64,000 nt of DNA from an uncultured Actinomycetes bacterium (GTDB lineage: Bacteria > Actinomycetota > Thermoleophilia > Gaiellales > Gaiellaceae): the NCBI GenBank assembly GCA_963808815.1, contig CAWEGI010000018.1, forward strand, positions 4,664 through 68,663, given 5' to 3'. Within the stretch, counting starts at the first letter, position 1. Each line of letters starts with the position of its first letter. The position numbers and the translations under genes were made by a program. The notes under the pieces are model-generated. The model was not told where the DNA came from and made no database searches. It worked only from the letters and a program-made list of their open reading frames with translations. Positions 52,057-63,337 of the stretch are shown here, piece by piece.

Positions 52057-52480
52057 TCAGCGGTACTGGCGCGAGACCATCTCGGCGACGCAGACGGGCT
52101 TCTCCTCGCCCTCGCGCTCGACCGTGCCTTTCGTCACCACCTGGACGCCGCCCTCGACCTCGCTCACCTCGAGGAGCTCGAAGTGCGCGCGGATGCGGCT
52201 CCCGACCGGAACCGGCGCTGGGAAGCGGACCTTGTTGACCCCGTAGTTGATCCCCATCCGGAACTCGCCGCGCTCAGGCCGCACCTCGTACTGGAACTTG
52301 ACCAGCAGCGAGAGCGTGAGGAACCCGTGCGCGATCGTCGTCCCGAAGGGGCCTTGCGCGGCCTTCTCGGGGTCGACGTGAATCCACTGGTCGTCGCCGG
52401 TCGCCTCCGCGAACCGGTCGATGCGCTCCTGGGTCGACCTCCAGCCACTCGCTGGGCCCGTAGGTGTCGCCCACCTTCAC
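52057..52480 (-). CDS. MaoC-like (R)-hydratase/dehydratase, frame broken by an extra C at 52431-52433
   Basis: MKVGDTYGPSEWLEVD, then QERIDRFAEATGDDQWIHVDPEKA...GTTIAHGFLTLSL in the frame of ORF 52057..52284. The observed sequence is GACCCAGGAG where GACCAGGAG is expected. Confidence 0.75.
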
Positions 52481-52537
52481 GCCGCGGACCCTACTTCACT
52501 TCGCCGCCGCGCCTGCGCCCGACCTGTAGTGGAGCGT

Positions 52538-53821
<1,284 letters not shown>

Positions 53822-53865
53822 GATCTTCTTGTACCTCGATTTCCCTTTCTCGCCTAGCCCTCGAC

Positions 53866-54450
53866 TCAGCGGTGCTCGATCACCTGGTCGATGAGCCCGT
53901 ATTCCTTCGCCTCCTCGGAGCTCATGAAGTAGTCACGTTCCATGTCCTTCGAGACCTTCTCGAGCGGCTGGTCGGTGTGGTTGGACATGATCTCTTCCAT
54001 CTTCCGCTTCAGGGCGATCGTCTCCCGGGCATGGATCTCGATGTCGGTGGCCTGCCCCTGGAACCCGCCCCAGACTTGGTGGATCAGGATCTTGGCATTC
54101 GGCAGCGCCATGCGCTTTCCCTTCGTGCCGCCCGCGAGCAGGAGCGCGCCCATGCTCATCGCGATCCCGACGCAGATCGTCTGCACATCCGGCTTGATGA
54201 ACTGCATCGTGTCGTAGATCGCCAGCCCCGAGTAGACCGACCCGCCCGGTGAGTTGATGTAGATCGAGATGTCCTTGTCGGGATCCTCGGACTCGAGGTG
54301 CAGGAGCTGGGCGACGATCAGGTTGGCGATCTGGTCGTCGATCGGCGTTCCGAGGAAGATGATGCGTTCGTTCAGCAGGCGCGAGTAGATGTCGAACGCG
54401 CGCTCGCCGCGCGAGGTCTGCTCGATCACCATCGGGATCAACGGGCTCAT
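53866..54450 (-). CDS. clpP: ATP-dependent Clp protease proteolytic subunit
   Basis: [26 protein letters not shown] (catalytic Ser), ILIHQ. Confidence 0.95.
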   Translation of the reverse strand: MSPLIPMVIEQTSRGERAFDIYSRLLNERIIFLGTPIDDQIANLIVAQLLHLESEDPDKDISIYINSPGGSVYSGLAIYDTMQFIKPDVQTICVGIAMSMGALLLAGGTKGKRMALPNAKILIHQVWGGFQGQATDIEIHARETIALKRKMEEIMSNHTDQPLEKVSKDMERDYFMSSEEAKEYGLIDQVIEHR

Positions 54451-55808
54451 CAGGCAGGCTCCTTGCTTCCGGGGGTCCACAGCTTCGTTTCGGGAGCAGC
54501 TGCTCCTTTGTCGGGCGTCCACAGCTTCTCGCGGGCGCGGGCAAGGTCGAGCGGGATCCGTTCGACCTCGGCGACGACGAGATCCAGCGCCTTGCGCATC
54601 CGCAGATCCTCGCGGAGGAGCTCGTGGCGTCCGCTCGCGAACAGCTGCTCGACGACCTCGTCCGCCTCGCCTCCCTCGGCCTCCGCGTTCTCGCGGACGA
54701 ACTCGCGCAACTCGTCGTCGGTGACCTCGAGGCCTGCCTTGTCGGCGACCGCCTCCAGCGCGAGCTCGCGCGCAACCGAGCGGGCCGCCTCGGCGCGCAG
54801 GCGCTCCTCGAGCTGCTCGGGGGTCTGGTTGGACACCGTCAGATAGGTCTCCGGCGAGATGCCGCGGCGCTCGAGCGACTGAACGAGACCCGCGAGGAGC
54901 TCGCGGGTGCGCGCCTCGACCAGTGGGGCGGAAGGCTCGATGTTCGATGCGTCGACGAGGGCGTCGGCCGCGGCCGCCCGGAACTGCGTCTCGGCCTCCT
55001 CCTCGACCTGCTCGCCGATGCGCTGCTCGAGGTCCGCGCGCAGCTCGGCCAGCGTGTCGAACTCGCTCGCCGAGCGCGCGAGCTCGTCGTCGACCGGCGG
55101 GAGGATCTTCTCCTTTACCTCCTTGAGCGCGATCTCGACGGTGCCCTTCTGGCCATCTGCGAGTTCGAATTCGACCTGCTTGGACTCGCCCGCCGACATC
55201 CCGAGGATCCCCTCCTCGATCTCCTCGAGCACGCGGCCGGCGCCGACCTCCACGACGTAGTCACGCTGCGCCTCGCCGCCGGGCTGGACCAGGTCGACGA
55301 CCACGGTGTCCGCGGCCTGGGCAGGCTTGTCGGCGGGCGCCAGCTCGGCGACTGCGAAGCGCAGCGCCTCGATCTGCTGGTCGACGACCTCGGGCGGGAC
55401 GTCCGCGCCCGCGTAGGGAACCTCGAGCCCCTTCCAGTCGGCGACCTCGATCGTCGGCTGGACGTCCACGGTGGCCGTGAAGCTGAAGTCCTCGTCCGGT
55501 GTGTCCGGCAGCTCGTAGGCGTATTCCGGACGGGCAACGGGCCGAATCCGCGTCCCGACGAGCGCGTTGCGATACCAGCCCTCGATGTGGCTCTCGACCG
55601 CCTCCGAGTACAGCCGCTCTTTGCCGATGCGCGAGAGCAGCACCGGCATAGGCACCTTCCCCTTGCGGAAGCCGGGGATCTTCACGGACGTGGAGAGATC
55701 GGAAGCCGCGTGCTCGACCGCGTGCTGCACGTCGTGGGCCGGGACGTCGACCGTCAGGCGGACTTTGTTCTCGGGCAACTCCTCGACGCGAGCGGACATC
55801 GGGGCCAT
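54450..55808 (-). CDS. tig: trigger factor
   Basis: [10 protein letters not shown] ribosome-binding motif. 452 aa. Confidence 0.9.
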   Translation of the reverse strand: MAPMSARVEELPENKVRLTVDVPAHDVQHAVEHAASDLSTSVKIPGFRKGKVPMPVLLSRIGKERLYSEAVESHIEGWYRNALVGTRIRPVARPEYAYELPDTPDEDFSFTATVDVQPTIEVADWKGLEVPYAGADVPPEVVDQQIEALRFAVAELAPADKPAQAADTVVVDLVQPGGEAQRDYVVEVGAGRVLEEIEEGILGMSAGESKQVEFELADGQKGTVEIALKEVKEKILPPVDDELARSASEFDTLAELRADLEQRIGEQVEEEAETQFRAAAADALVDASNIEPSAPLVEARTRELLAGLVQSLERRGISPETYLTVSNQTPEQLEERLRAEAARSVARELALEAVADKAGLEVTDDELREFVRENAEAEGGEADEVVEQLFASGRHELLREDLRMRKALDLVVAEVERIPLDLARAREKLWTPDKGAAAPETKLWTPGSKEPA

Positions 55809-55955
55809 CGTAGCCGCGAGCCGCGGCTACGCCGCGCAGCTCGCTCGCACGGGGAAACAGCCGGTTTCCCCCGTGACCCCCTTCCCGAACTGCGCTCGTA
55901 CCTCAGCGGCGGCCCTTGGCCGCGCCCGCCATTTCGGTCGCGGCCGCGAGGTCTA

Positions 55956-56039
55956 TGCGGGCGGAGGGACTCGAACCCCCAAGAGCCGAAGCTCACCAGG
56001 TCCTAAGCCTGGCGCGGTTGCCAGTTTCGCCACGCCCGC
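55956..56039 (-). tRNA. tRNA-Leu (anticodon UAG), long variable arm
   Basis: Manual fold: acceptor GCGGGCG/CGCCCGC, anticodon arm CCAGG-CTTAGGA-CCTGG, variable arm GAGCTTCGGCTC, T loop TTCGAGT. Confidence 0.85.
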
Positions 56040-56130
56040 GACACCGCAAGGATAGAGCCGGTTGCCGCCGCAGCCGACATGGGCGGCTGCGGCCCGCTGC
56101 GGCTCTCGGCCGGCCTCGCAGTTCAACCGC

Positions 56131-56165
56131 GAAAAGTCGTCGGGCGCGAAGCGCCCGGACTTTTC
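56131..56165. terminator. bidirectional-type terminator hairpin with flanking A/T runs
   Basis: GAAAAGTC-GT-CGGGCGC-GAA-GCGCCCG-GACTTTTC, downstream of the 56279..56965 gene. Confidence 0.5.
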
Positions 56166-56278
56166 GACGAAGAGGAAGGGGTGACGCTGGACGCCCGGTG
56201 CTCGACAATTCCCCCATGATCGAGCCCCGGTTGTTCCCGGGAGAGGGAGGTTGAGGTGCGCCACCCCTTCGCTGGTCC

Positions 56279-56965
56279 CTAGTTTGGCCGTTCGGGAAGA
56301 TTTCTAAACACGCGCTCCCGATCCGATTCCGCCCGTTCCCGGCGCACGCGTCGATCCTTGGCCCCATGGCCGACGATCACGACGATCGGCGTGACGACGA
56401 CGAGGCCCAGGAGTACGCCCGCGACGATCAGCAGCCACGTGGCGGAGATGCGCCCCGACCTCGAGAATGCCTGGCCGGCCTGAGGCGCGAAGTCGGGCTG
56501 CGCGAGAATCCGCGAGTCGGATCCCGGGGCGGAGAACGTCGCGGCCGGTACGGCCGAGTCGACCAGCCACCGACCGCGGATCTTGCGCATCGCGATGTTG
56601 AACGAGACGGCGCCGAGCGGGGCGCCCTTCTTCAGGTGGACGAGGAGGACGACGTCGGCGCGATCCTTCGTCGCCGAATCGATCGTCCAGCCGTGGAAGC
56701 TCGTCCCGATCACCGGGAACGGCGTCACCGGCAGGAAGCCCCGCTTCCACTCGCCCTTGTCACTTCCGAGCCGCATCGTCCTGGTTGCCAGCGGCCACGC
56801 GCGCACGGAGTCCCGGCGGCCGATCGCGGCCGGCACGAAGACGTCAAGCGTGCGGTCGATCCCGGCACGGTCGACCGGCGGGACGCTGGGCTTCCCCTTC
56901 GCGAACGCCGGCGGTGCGAACGATCCGAGCAGCAGGACGGCGAGAGCCACGGCGAGGCGGCGCAC
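56279..56965 (-). CDS. hypothetical exported protein with a C-terminal TM anchor
   Basis: Signal peptide MRRLAVALAVLLLGSFAPPAFA and a C-terminal helix WLLIVAGVLLGLVVVTPIVVIV. Confidence 0.55.
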   Translation of the reverse strand: MRRLAVALAVLLLGSFAPPAFAKGKPSVPPVDRAGIDRTLDVFVPAAIGRRDSVRAWPLATRTMRLGSDKGEWKRGFLPVTPFPVIGTSFHGWTIDSATKDRADVVLLVHLKKGAPLGAVSFNIAMRKIRGRWLVDSAVPAATFSAPGSDSRILAQPDFAPQAGQAFSRSGRISATWLLIVAGVLLGLVVVTPIVVIVGHGAKDRRVRRERAESDRERVFRNLPERPN

Positions 56966-57146
56966 GCTTCGACACTAGCAAAACATCTTTGACGGTTACG
57001 AGGTCGCAGCGGGTCTACACTCACGCGCTGATGGATCGCGCCCTCAGGCTGGTATTCCTCCTCGTCGTGCGCCCTGCAGGCGTGATCGTCCGGCGACGAG
57101 ATCCGCTGCGGCTACGCCGGCCGGAGCACTCGAACTTTCACGGCTA

Positions 57147-58913
57147 GTGGCCCGGATCCTCGGCGTCTCCTGCTTCTTCCACGACGCCGCCGCTGTCCTC
57201 GTGGACGACGGCGCGCTCGTCTGCGCGGCCGAGGAGGAGCGCTTCTCGCGCCGGAAGCACGACGCGTCGTTCCCCGCGCTGGCGATCGACTTCTGCCTGC
57301 GCACGGCCGCGGAGAGCGGCCGGCCGATCGACTACGTCGCCTTCTACGAGCAGCCGAGCACGAAGTTCCGGCGCGTCCTGACCACCGCGGCCGCGGTGGG
57401 CAAGCCTGCCGAGGACGCCTTCGTGCGCTCGATGCGGGCGTGGCGGACGGAGCGGCGTGGGATCCGCCCGCGGCTGAGCGCACTCGCGCGCGTCCCGGGG
57501 GAGCGTGTCCTCTTCACCGACCACCACGTCTCGCACGCCGCCAGCGCCTTCTTCCCCTCGCCCTTCGAATCGGCTGCCGTGATGACGATCGACGGCGTCG
57601 GCGAATGGTCGACGGCAACCGTCGGCCGGGCGAGCTCGAACGACGGCGGGCATTCGCTCCAGATCGAGTCGGCCGTCGACTTCCCTCACTCACTCGGCCT
57701 CTTCTACTCCGCCCTCACCGACCTGCTCGGCTTCGAGGTGAACGAGGGCGAGTACAAGGTGATGGGAATGGCACCCTACGGGGAGCCGCGCTTCCTCCCA
57801 GAGCTCGAGCGGGTGCTCCACCTCTACGACGACGGCAGCTTCTGGCTAGACCTGTCCTACTTCTCGTTCCACTACTCGACCAGGCGGGCTTACTCCGACG
57901 AGCTGCTCGAGCTGCTCGGCGTCGAGCCGAGGCCTCGGAACGAGCGCTTCTGGACGTCGGAGGATGCGGACGCCTCGCCGGCCGACCTCGCGCGGAGTCA
58001 GCGGTACGCCGACATCGCCGCGAGCGTCCAGGCGATCACCGAACGGGCGGTGGTCAACCTCGCCCGCGAGGCGCAGCGGCGCGCGGGCTCGCCGAACCTC
58101 TGCTTCGCCGGCGGCGTCGCGCTGAACGTCCTCGCCAACCGCCGGATCCTCGACGAGACACCCGTGGAACGTCTCTTCATCCCGCCTGCTCCGGGCGATT
58201 CGGGCGGCGCGCTGGGCGCGGCGTTGCACGTCGAGCACATCATCCTCGGCAATCCCCGCCGGACGGAACTCGAACACGCCTACTGGGGCTCCGAGTACGG
58301 CGGCGAGGACGTCGACGCCGCCCTCCGCGACCGGCCCGGAGTCGCCTACTACCGGCTCGGCGACGAACGGGAGGTCATCGAGGCGACGGTGGAGGCGCTC
58401 GCCCGGGGCGACGTGGTCGGCTGGTTCCAGGGCCGCTTCGAGCTCGGCCCCCGGGCGCTCGGCGACCGCAGCATCATCGCCGACCCGCGCAGCGCGGCGA
58501 TGAAGGAGCGCATCAACGAGAAGATCAAGTTCCGCGAGCCGTTCCGGCCGTTCGCGCCGGTCGCCACAGAGGCGGTCGCCGACTCGCTCGTACAGGAACC
58601 GCACACCGACCAGCCGCCTGCCCGGTTCATGCTCCTGATCAACCGGCTCACGCCGGAGGCGGCCGCGGCGCTGCCTGCCGTGAGTCACTTCGGCACCGCG
58701 CGGCTCCAGACCATGCGCGAGGAGTGGAACCCGCGCTTCCACCGCCTGCTCACACGCTGGGGCGAGACGTCGGGGACGCCCGTGCTGCTCAACACGTCGT
58801 TCAACCTCCGCGGCGAGCCGATCGTGACGACGCCGCAAGACGCCCTCTCGACCTTCGAGCGCAGCGGCCTCGACCTGCTCGTTCTGGGCGACGTTCTCGT
58901 CACCAAGACCTGA
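57147..58913 (+). CDS. NodU/CmcH-family carbamoyltransferase
   Basis: ILGVSCFFHDAAAVLV, TIDGVGEW, LNTSFNLRGEPIV. Confidence 0.85.
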   Translation: MARILGVSCFFHDAAAVLVDDGALVCAAEEERFSRRKHDASFPALAIDFCLRTAAESGRPIDYVAFYEQPSTKFRRVLTTAAAVGKPAEDAFVRSMRAWRTERRGIRPRLSALARVPGERVLFTDHHVSHAASAFFPSPFESAAVMTIDGVGEWSTATVGRASSNDGGHSLQIESAVDFPHSLGLFYSALTDLLGFEVNEGEYKVMGMAPYGEPRFLPELERVLHLYDDGSFWLDLSYFSFHYSTRRAYSDELLELLGVEPRPRNERFWTSEDADASPADLARSQRYADIAASVQAITERAVVNLAREAQRRAGSPNLCFAGGVALNVLANRRILDETPVERLFIPPAPGDSGGALGAALHVEHIILGNPRRTELEHAYWGSEYGGEDVDAALRDRPGVAYYRLGDEREVIEATVEALARGDVVGWFQGRFELGPRALGDRSIIADPRSAAMKERINEKIKFREPFRPFAPVATEAVADSLVQEPHTDQPPARFMLLINRLTPEAAAALPAVSHFGTARLQTMREEWNPRFHRLLTRWGETSGTPVLLNTSFNLRGEPIVTTPQDALSTFERSGLDLLVLGDVLVTKT

Positions 58914-58938
58914 CCAGAGCCGGACGTAGACTGGGCGC

Positions 58939-60042
58939 GTGAAGCACGACGCTGCCGAGAGCGACGCCCGCCGGCGGCGGAAAGCGGTCGCCCCGATCAC
59001 GCGGGACTACGGCGACCTCAGCGACGAGCTCGTCCTCTGGCCCTTCGTGACGATCACCTCACGGCCGAGGCTGTCGACGCCGGTGCTCTCCACCGACAGC
59101 AGGGGACATCGTCTCAGCCGCAACGGCGAGGCGGCTGTCGCCAGCGACGAGGCCCCGGATGACGCGGGCTTCGTCCTCGGCGGCTCGTACGTCTTCGGCG
59201 TCGGAGCCGCCGACGACTCGGGGACGCTCCCCTCCGCGTTGTGGCGGCTGACCGGCAAGCCGTTCGTCAACCTCGGCCTGCGCAAGGCGACCTCGACACA
59301 GGAACTGGTCTCCGCGCTGCCGTTCGCCGAGCGAAGCAGCACGACCTTCGTCGTCTGCAGCGGCCTGAACAATTTCGCGGTCGCCCGCGCCTCGCCGCTC
59401 GACCCGCTCTACGGGCCCACATACCTCGACCACCCTTTGCGGCGGCTGCTGGCGATGCCGGTCGAGGAACTGATCCGGCTGGTCAAGACGGCCGAGACGG
59501 GTGGGCGGCTGGCTGCGATCAGCGACGGCGACCTCCGGCGCGAGCTGACCCGGCGCCTGCGTCGACGCCTGCCGGGGGCGAAGCGACCGCCGCCCGGTGA
59601 CCGTCGGCCACGCTCGAAGAAGAAGCCCGAGCCGGTCGCGGACGAGGTCGTCGAGACGGCCGCGACGGTCCAGCTGCGCGACCTTCGCGCGCTTCGCCGC
59701 CTCGTGCCCGACAACGCCGAGGTCATGTTCGCGCTCCAGCCGGTCGCGCCGCACACCGGCAAGGAGTTGACAGACGAGGAGCTGGCGCTCTTCGAGTCGC
59801 TCGACCTCATGCAGGCGCGGACGACCCGCTGGCCGATCGTCATGGAACTACTCGAGAGCCACTGGGGCGCGTACGCGGAACGGCTCGAACAGGGCTGCGG
59901 CGAGCTCGGCGTGCCCTTCGTCGACCTTTCCAGGGCCACGTACAGCGGTTGGTGCTTCGTCGACCGCATCCACATGACCGAGCGCGGCTACGAGCTCGCC
60001 GCGTCCTTCCTCCAGGAGTCGCTGACCAGTGTCCCTCGCTGA
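58939..60042 (+). CDS. SGNH/GDSL-like hydrolase-fold protein (tentative)
   Basis: A block-I-like FVLGGSYVFGVG and a block-V-like FVDRIHMTERG (DxxH). Confidence 0.5.
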   Translation: MKHDAAESDARRRRKAVAPITRDYGDLSDELVLWPFVTITSRPRLSTPVLSTDSRGHRLSRNGEAAVASDEAPDDAGFVLGGSYVFGVGAADDSGTLPSALWRLTGKPFVNLGLRKATSTQELVSALPFAERSSTTFVVCSGLNNFAVARASPLDPLYGPTYLDHPLRRLLAMPVEELIRLVKTAETGGRLAAISDGDLRRELTRRLRRRLPGAKRPPPGDRRPRSKKKPEPVADEVVETAATVQLRDLRALRRLVPDNAEVMFALQPVAPHTGKELTDEELALFESLDLMQARTTRWPIVMELLESHWGAYAERLEQGCGELGVPFVDLSRATYSGWCFVDRIHMTERGYELAASFLQESLTSVPR

Positions 60043-60166
60043 CCGCCTCCGCGAGCTGCTCGGCAAGGCCGACGAGCCCGATCAGCCGGATGAGCCCGAC
60101 TCCCACGAGGACGCCGGCGACGAGGAGGACGATGACGACGACCCGAGCGTGTACCCGCTCTGGTAG
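60029..60166 (+). CDS. 45-aa highly acidic small ORF ending DDDDDPSVYPLW
   Basis: Not in the track. The GTG at 60029 overlaps the upstream gene by 14 nt. Nearly all codons end in G or C. Confidence 0.35.
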   Translation: MSLADRLRELLGKADEPDQPDEPDSHEDAGDEEDDDDDPSVYPLW

Positions 60167-60202
60167 GCGACCGCAGAGGTCGGCCGCCTACACTGGTGCG
60201 CG

Positions 60203-60274
60203 GGCCCCGTAGCTCAGCGGACAGAGCGGCAGCCTTCGAAGCTGCGTGCGGAGGTTCGACTCCTCCCGGGGCCA
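60203..60274 (+). tRNA. tRNA-Arg (anticodon UCG)
   Basis: Manual fold: acceptor GGCCCCG/CGGGGCC, anticodon arm GCAGC-CTTCGAA-GCTGC, T arm GGAGG-TTCGACT-CCTCC. Confidence 0.85.
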
Positions 60275-60317
60275 AATCGACCCTGGTGGCTATGCGGAAA
60301 CCGCATGGTTGCGTGAG

Positions 60318-61023
60318 TCAGGTGTGCCAGAAATGCCGGAAATGCTCACCGCGTGCGTGCCTCGGTGCGTGCCTCGGGAGTCGCCTGACGAGGCAACAGC
60401 GTCCGGGCCGCAGCCAGCGTTGCACGGTTGACTTGTACCGCTTGTCGCCGCACACCCGCTCCGCGACCTGAGCCCACGACAACCCCTCGGCCTGCAACCG
60501 GCGCGCCTCCTCCCGGTGGACGTCCGTCCAGGTACGCGCCACGCGCTCTACCGGGCCGACGTGGCGGCGCACCGTCGCCGACTCCTCCGGTAGCGGCGGA
60601 CGGCCTGTCGGCTCGCCGATGAAGCCGAACGCGCCGGACGAGGCGGATCTCGTCGCCGAGCACGCGGAAGCGGTAGCCGTGGTTGAGCCCGACGCTCGGC
60701 ACCGTCACCTCGACACTGACCGGGCGCCCGCTCGCCGTGCGCACCAGCCGCGAGCTCACCGCCGCCGGCGTTCCTTCGCCAGCAGCGCCGCCGACAGGGT
60801 TCGAGCCGGCGATCGCACCAGGCCCGCCGCCGACCGCCGGGAGACCTCGGAGCGACCCCGGCGACGGCACGACGACCCGCCCCGGCTGACGGCGCACCAG
60901 CTCGGCCTCGGCCTCGAGCACGTCGTCCAGCGCGGCCGACGGGGGAAGCTCGCCGTCTCGACGGTCGGCTCGGAGGTGGGGAAGGAGCCGGGCATCGTCG
61001 AGCGGAATCAGCCTCGGCCTCAC
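60318..61023 (-). pseudogene. hypothetical protein with a C-terminal resolvase/Hin-like HTH, split over two frames
   Basis: ORF 60346..61023 (...GLNHGYRFRVLGDEIRLVRR) continues in the frame of ORF 60318..60572 (FGFIGEP...HREEARRLQAEGLSWAQVAERV...STVQRWL). Its 3' end carries a 12-nt tandem duplication. Confidence 0.4.
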
Positions 61024-61076
61024 CCCCGGATTGTCTTACGTACTCGCCCGGCCGGATATGTAGTATCACATAACTT

Positions 61077-61271
61077 ATGTCGATACCCATAAGCGAGTTG
61101 CTCCACGTGAAGGAGGCCGCGGCCGAGCTCGGCCTCCACGAGGTGACAGTCCGCCGCCACATCGCCACCGGCGAGCTCCGCGCCATACGGCTCGGCCCGA
61201 ACGGCCGCGTCCGCATCCCCCGCGAGGCACTCGACGAGTTCCTGCGCCCATACAGCGAGAACGAGAAGTAG
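61077..61271 (+). CDS. xis: excisionase-family (MerR-like) helix-turn-helix DNA-binding protein
   Basis: LLHVKEAAAELGLHEVTVRRHIATGELRAIRLGPNGRVRIPREALDEF. Confidence 0.75.
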   Translation: MSIPISELLHVKEAAAELGLHEVTVRRHIATGELRAIRLGPNGRVRIPREALDEFLRPYSENEK

Positions 61272-61554
61272 GAGACAGCGTGCTCCGCTTCGATGATCCC
61301 GCCGGCCGCGTGATCGATGTGTGCATCGTCCCGTACGGGGACGTCGTGGCCGTCGACGATGGCTCCGGCCCCTACCTCGAGAAGATCGTCGCGCGTGACC
61401 GAGCTGCGGCGCGAGAACGCCGAGACGCGCGCCGAACTCGAGGCCGCAATCGCGAGCCCTGCCGACCAGACGCGGGGGCCGCGGGTCCTGCACCGTGATT
61501 GCGGCCAGGTCCTCGCCGTCCGCTGATGATGGTCGACGCGACGCAGCCCTCCGC

Positions 61555-61986
61555 ATGAGCGCGGCAAGGAAGAAGCGCCAGTTAAGCCGGCACGCCCGCG
61601 GCTACACCAACGCACACGTCGCCCGCCGCCGCCAACTCGAACCACTCGTCGCCACCGGCCAAGTCAACTGCTGCCGCTGCGGCCAACTGATCGAACCCGG
61701 CCAGCCCTGGCACCTCGACCACCGAGACGACCGCCAAGGCTACCTCGGCCCCTCACACGCAACCTGCAACCTCCGCGCCGCTGCAGAGAAGACGAACAGC
61801 AAGAGGAAGGACCATCCGCTGATCTGGTCACGGGTCTGGTACGAACCGATCCCGCCAAACGTCATTCTCGGCGGCAACGTCGAGCCGGACGAAGCCCGCG
61901 GTTTCTGCCACAGCTGGTATCTGGCGATGCTCAAGTTCGACTTCAGGAGCCCCCCGGAATCACCGCCGACAGGCGCCATTGGGTAG
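61555..61986 (+). CDS. HNH endonuclease (phage type)
   Basis: CCRCGQLIEPGQPWHLDHRDDRQGYLGPSHATCN. Confidence 0.7.
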   Translation: MSAARKKRQLSRHARGYTNAHVARRRQLEPLVATGQVNCCRCGQLIEPGQPWHLDHRDDRQGYLGPSHATCNLRAAAEKTNSKRKDHPLIWSRVWYEPIPPNVILGGNVEPDEARGFCHSWYLAMLKFDFRSPPESPPTGAIG

Positions 61987-62010
61987 CTAGGGTCGGCGCG
62001 AAACTTGCAC

Positions 62011-62033
62011 GGGTTCGGTTCCCCCCGCCTGCA
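62011..62033 (+). other. orphan tRNA 3'-end fragment (T loop to discriminator), tRNA-Leu-like
   Basis: GGGTTCGGTTCCCCCCGCCTGCA matches the 3' end of the window's tRNA-Leu (GGGTTCGAGTCCCTCCGCCCGCA) at 19 of 23 positions. No 5' half is present. Confidence 0.45.
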
Positions 62034-62042
62034 GGTCACCGC

Positions 62043-62987
62043 TCATCGGCCCTCGCGATCGCGGAGCGCGTGCAGGTTTGCCATGACGGCGGCGAGTGCG
62101 TCGGGGGTATAGAGCGCGCGGTACTCGCGGAGCTCCGGTCGTTCGCCGAGCTCGGCGACGAAGCGGCGGACGTTGCCGTCCAGCCGACTCCCGATCGCCT
62201 CGATCACGTCGGTCGAGGCTCCTGACTCTCTCTCGCCCAGATATGCGACGAACCACTCCAACCCCACTCGTTCGTCGACGATGGTCATCCCGCTCGCTTG
62301 CGCTCGGTGCGAGCACGACCCGTCGTGGACGCGGTAGTACATCGTCGGTTCCTCTAACACGTAAGCCGACTCACGAAGCGCGAGCACGCACGCGTAGAAG
62401 TAGTCCTCCCAGTGCTGGTGGGAACCAAGCGCCTCGATGAAGCCGCCACTGCGCTGGAAGGCGTCATGCCTGATCAGCAAACCCGACGGCCAGAAATTCC
62501 AGAACGTGTCGCGCAGGTAGCCGACACAGAGCTCTGGGGGCCGGTACACCCCCGTCGCCGAGCCGAGCCGTTCCGGCGTCGGGTTGATTTTGTCTCCCTG
62601 CAATTCAACGGCGGAGCCGTACGTATAGCCAGCCTCGCCATGCCGTTCGAGGAGCGCGACCTGCAGGCTCAGCTTGCGGGGGAACCAGACGTCGTCGCCG
62701 TCCAGGAACGCCAGCAGGTCGCCTCGCGCCAGCGCGGCTCCAGCGTTCCGGGCCGACGGCGCTCCTCGTGCCACTGAAGACGTGATCCGACGTACCAGCG
62801 GATGGGCCGCCGTCAGCGCCTCGAGCACAGCGCCTGTTCCATCCGTGGAACCGTCGTCGACGACGATGATCTCATCGGGCGGGGCGTCCTGGCCTAGGAC
62901 GCTCTCGATGGCAGCGCCGATGAATGCCTGCTCGTTATGGGCGGTCACCACTACGGAGACGTTCGCCGTCACGTCGAGGGGGCCCAC
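62043..62987 (-). CDS. family-2 glycosyltransferase
   Basis: VSVVVTAHNE, IIVVDDGSTDGT, AFLDGDD (DxD). G+C is lower than the chromosome average. Confidence 0.85.
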   Translation of the reverse strand: MGPLDVTANVSVVVTAHNEQAFIGAAIESVLGQDAPPDEIIVVDDGSTDGTGAVLEALTAAHPLVRRITSSVARGAPSARNAGAALARGDLLAFLDGDDVWFPRKLSLQVALLERHGEAGYTYGSAVELQGDKINPTPERLGSATGVYRPPELCVGYLRDTFWNFWPSGLLIRHDAFQRSGGFIEALGSHQHWEDYFYACVLALRESAYVLEEPTMYYRVHDGSCSHRAQASGMTIVDERVGLEWFVAYLGERESGASTDVIEAIGSRLDGNVRRFVAELGERPELREYRALYTPDALAAVMANLHALRDREGR

Positions 62988-63337
62988 ACCAGGTCACGCA
63001 CGCCCAGATCATGGTCCCGAGCGGGGACCATGTCGACATTCCTCGTTGTATCGATGTCCTTGCCGCTCGCTCCGCACGGGGCGGCTCCTGGGGCCAGGAA
63101 GGAGGATCTACACGACCTTTGCGCCACGGGCGGGTGGAGATTCATACAGCGACGAGGAGCTCCCCCGACCTGAGGCTAGGCCCGCCTAGACCGCGGCTCG
63201 TCGATCCTGGAGAGCGATTTTTAAGCCGCCGCTTGCGCGGTACCGCTGAACGCGAACGCCAATAGGAGCCGCAGACCATCCGCCGGCGGAACTGCGGCCA
63301 GATTCTTGAGATCCGATAGATCGGCCGGGCCTCCGTC

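Larger units (their letters stand above)
60275..62033. mobile_element. degraded phage/integrative-element remnant next to tRNA-Arg (HTH, excisionase, HNH; no integrase)
   Basis: It starts right after the tRNA-Arg 3' end and contains phage-type genes. AT-rich operator-like palindromes lie at 61046-61075. It ends at a tRNA-Leu-like 3' fragment. Confidence 0.5.

Noticed and set aside
60275-61030. Search for a tyrosine or serine integrase beside tRNA-Arg (and beside ssrA at 600..1737)
   Set aside because: No R..HxxR..Y or resolvase catalytic-Ser motifs appear in any frame. Only an HTH-containing fragment is present, so the element is called a remnant and not an intact integrative element.
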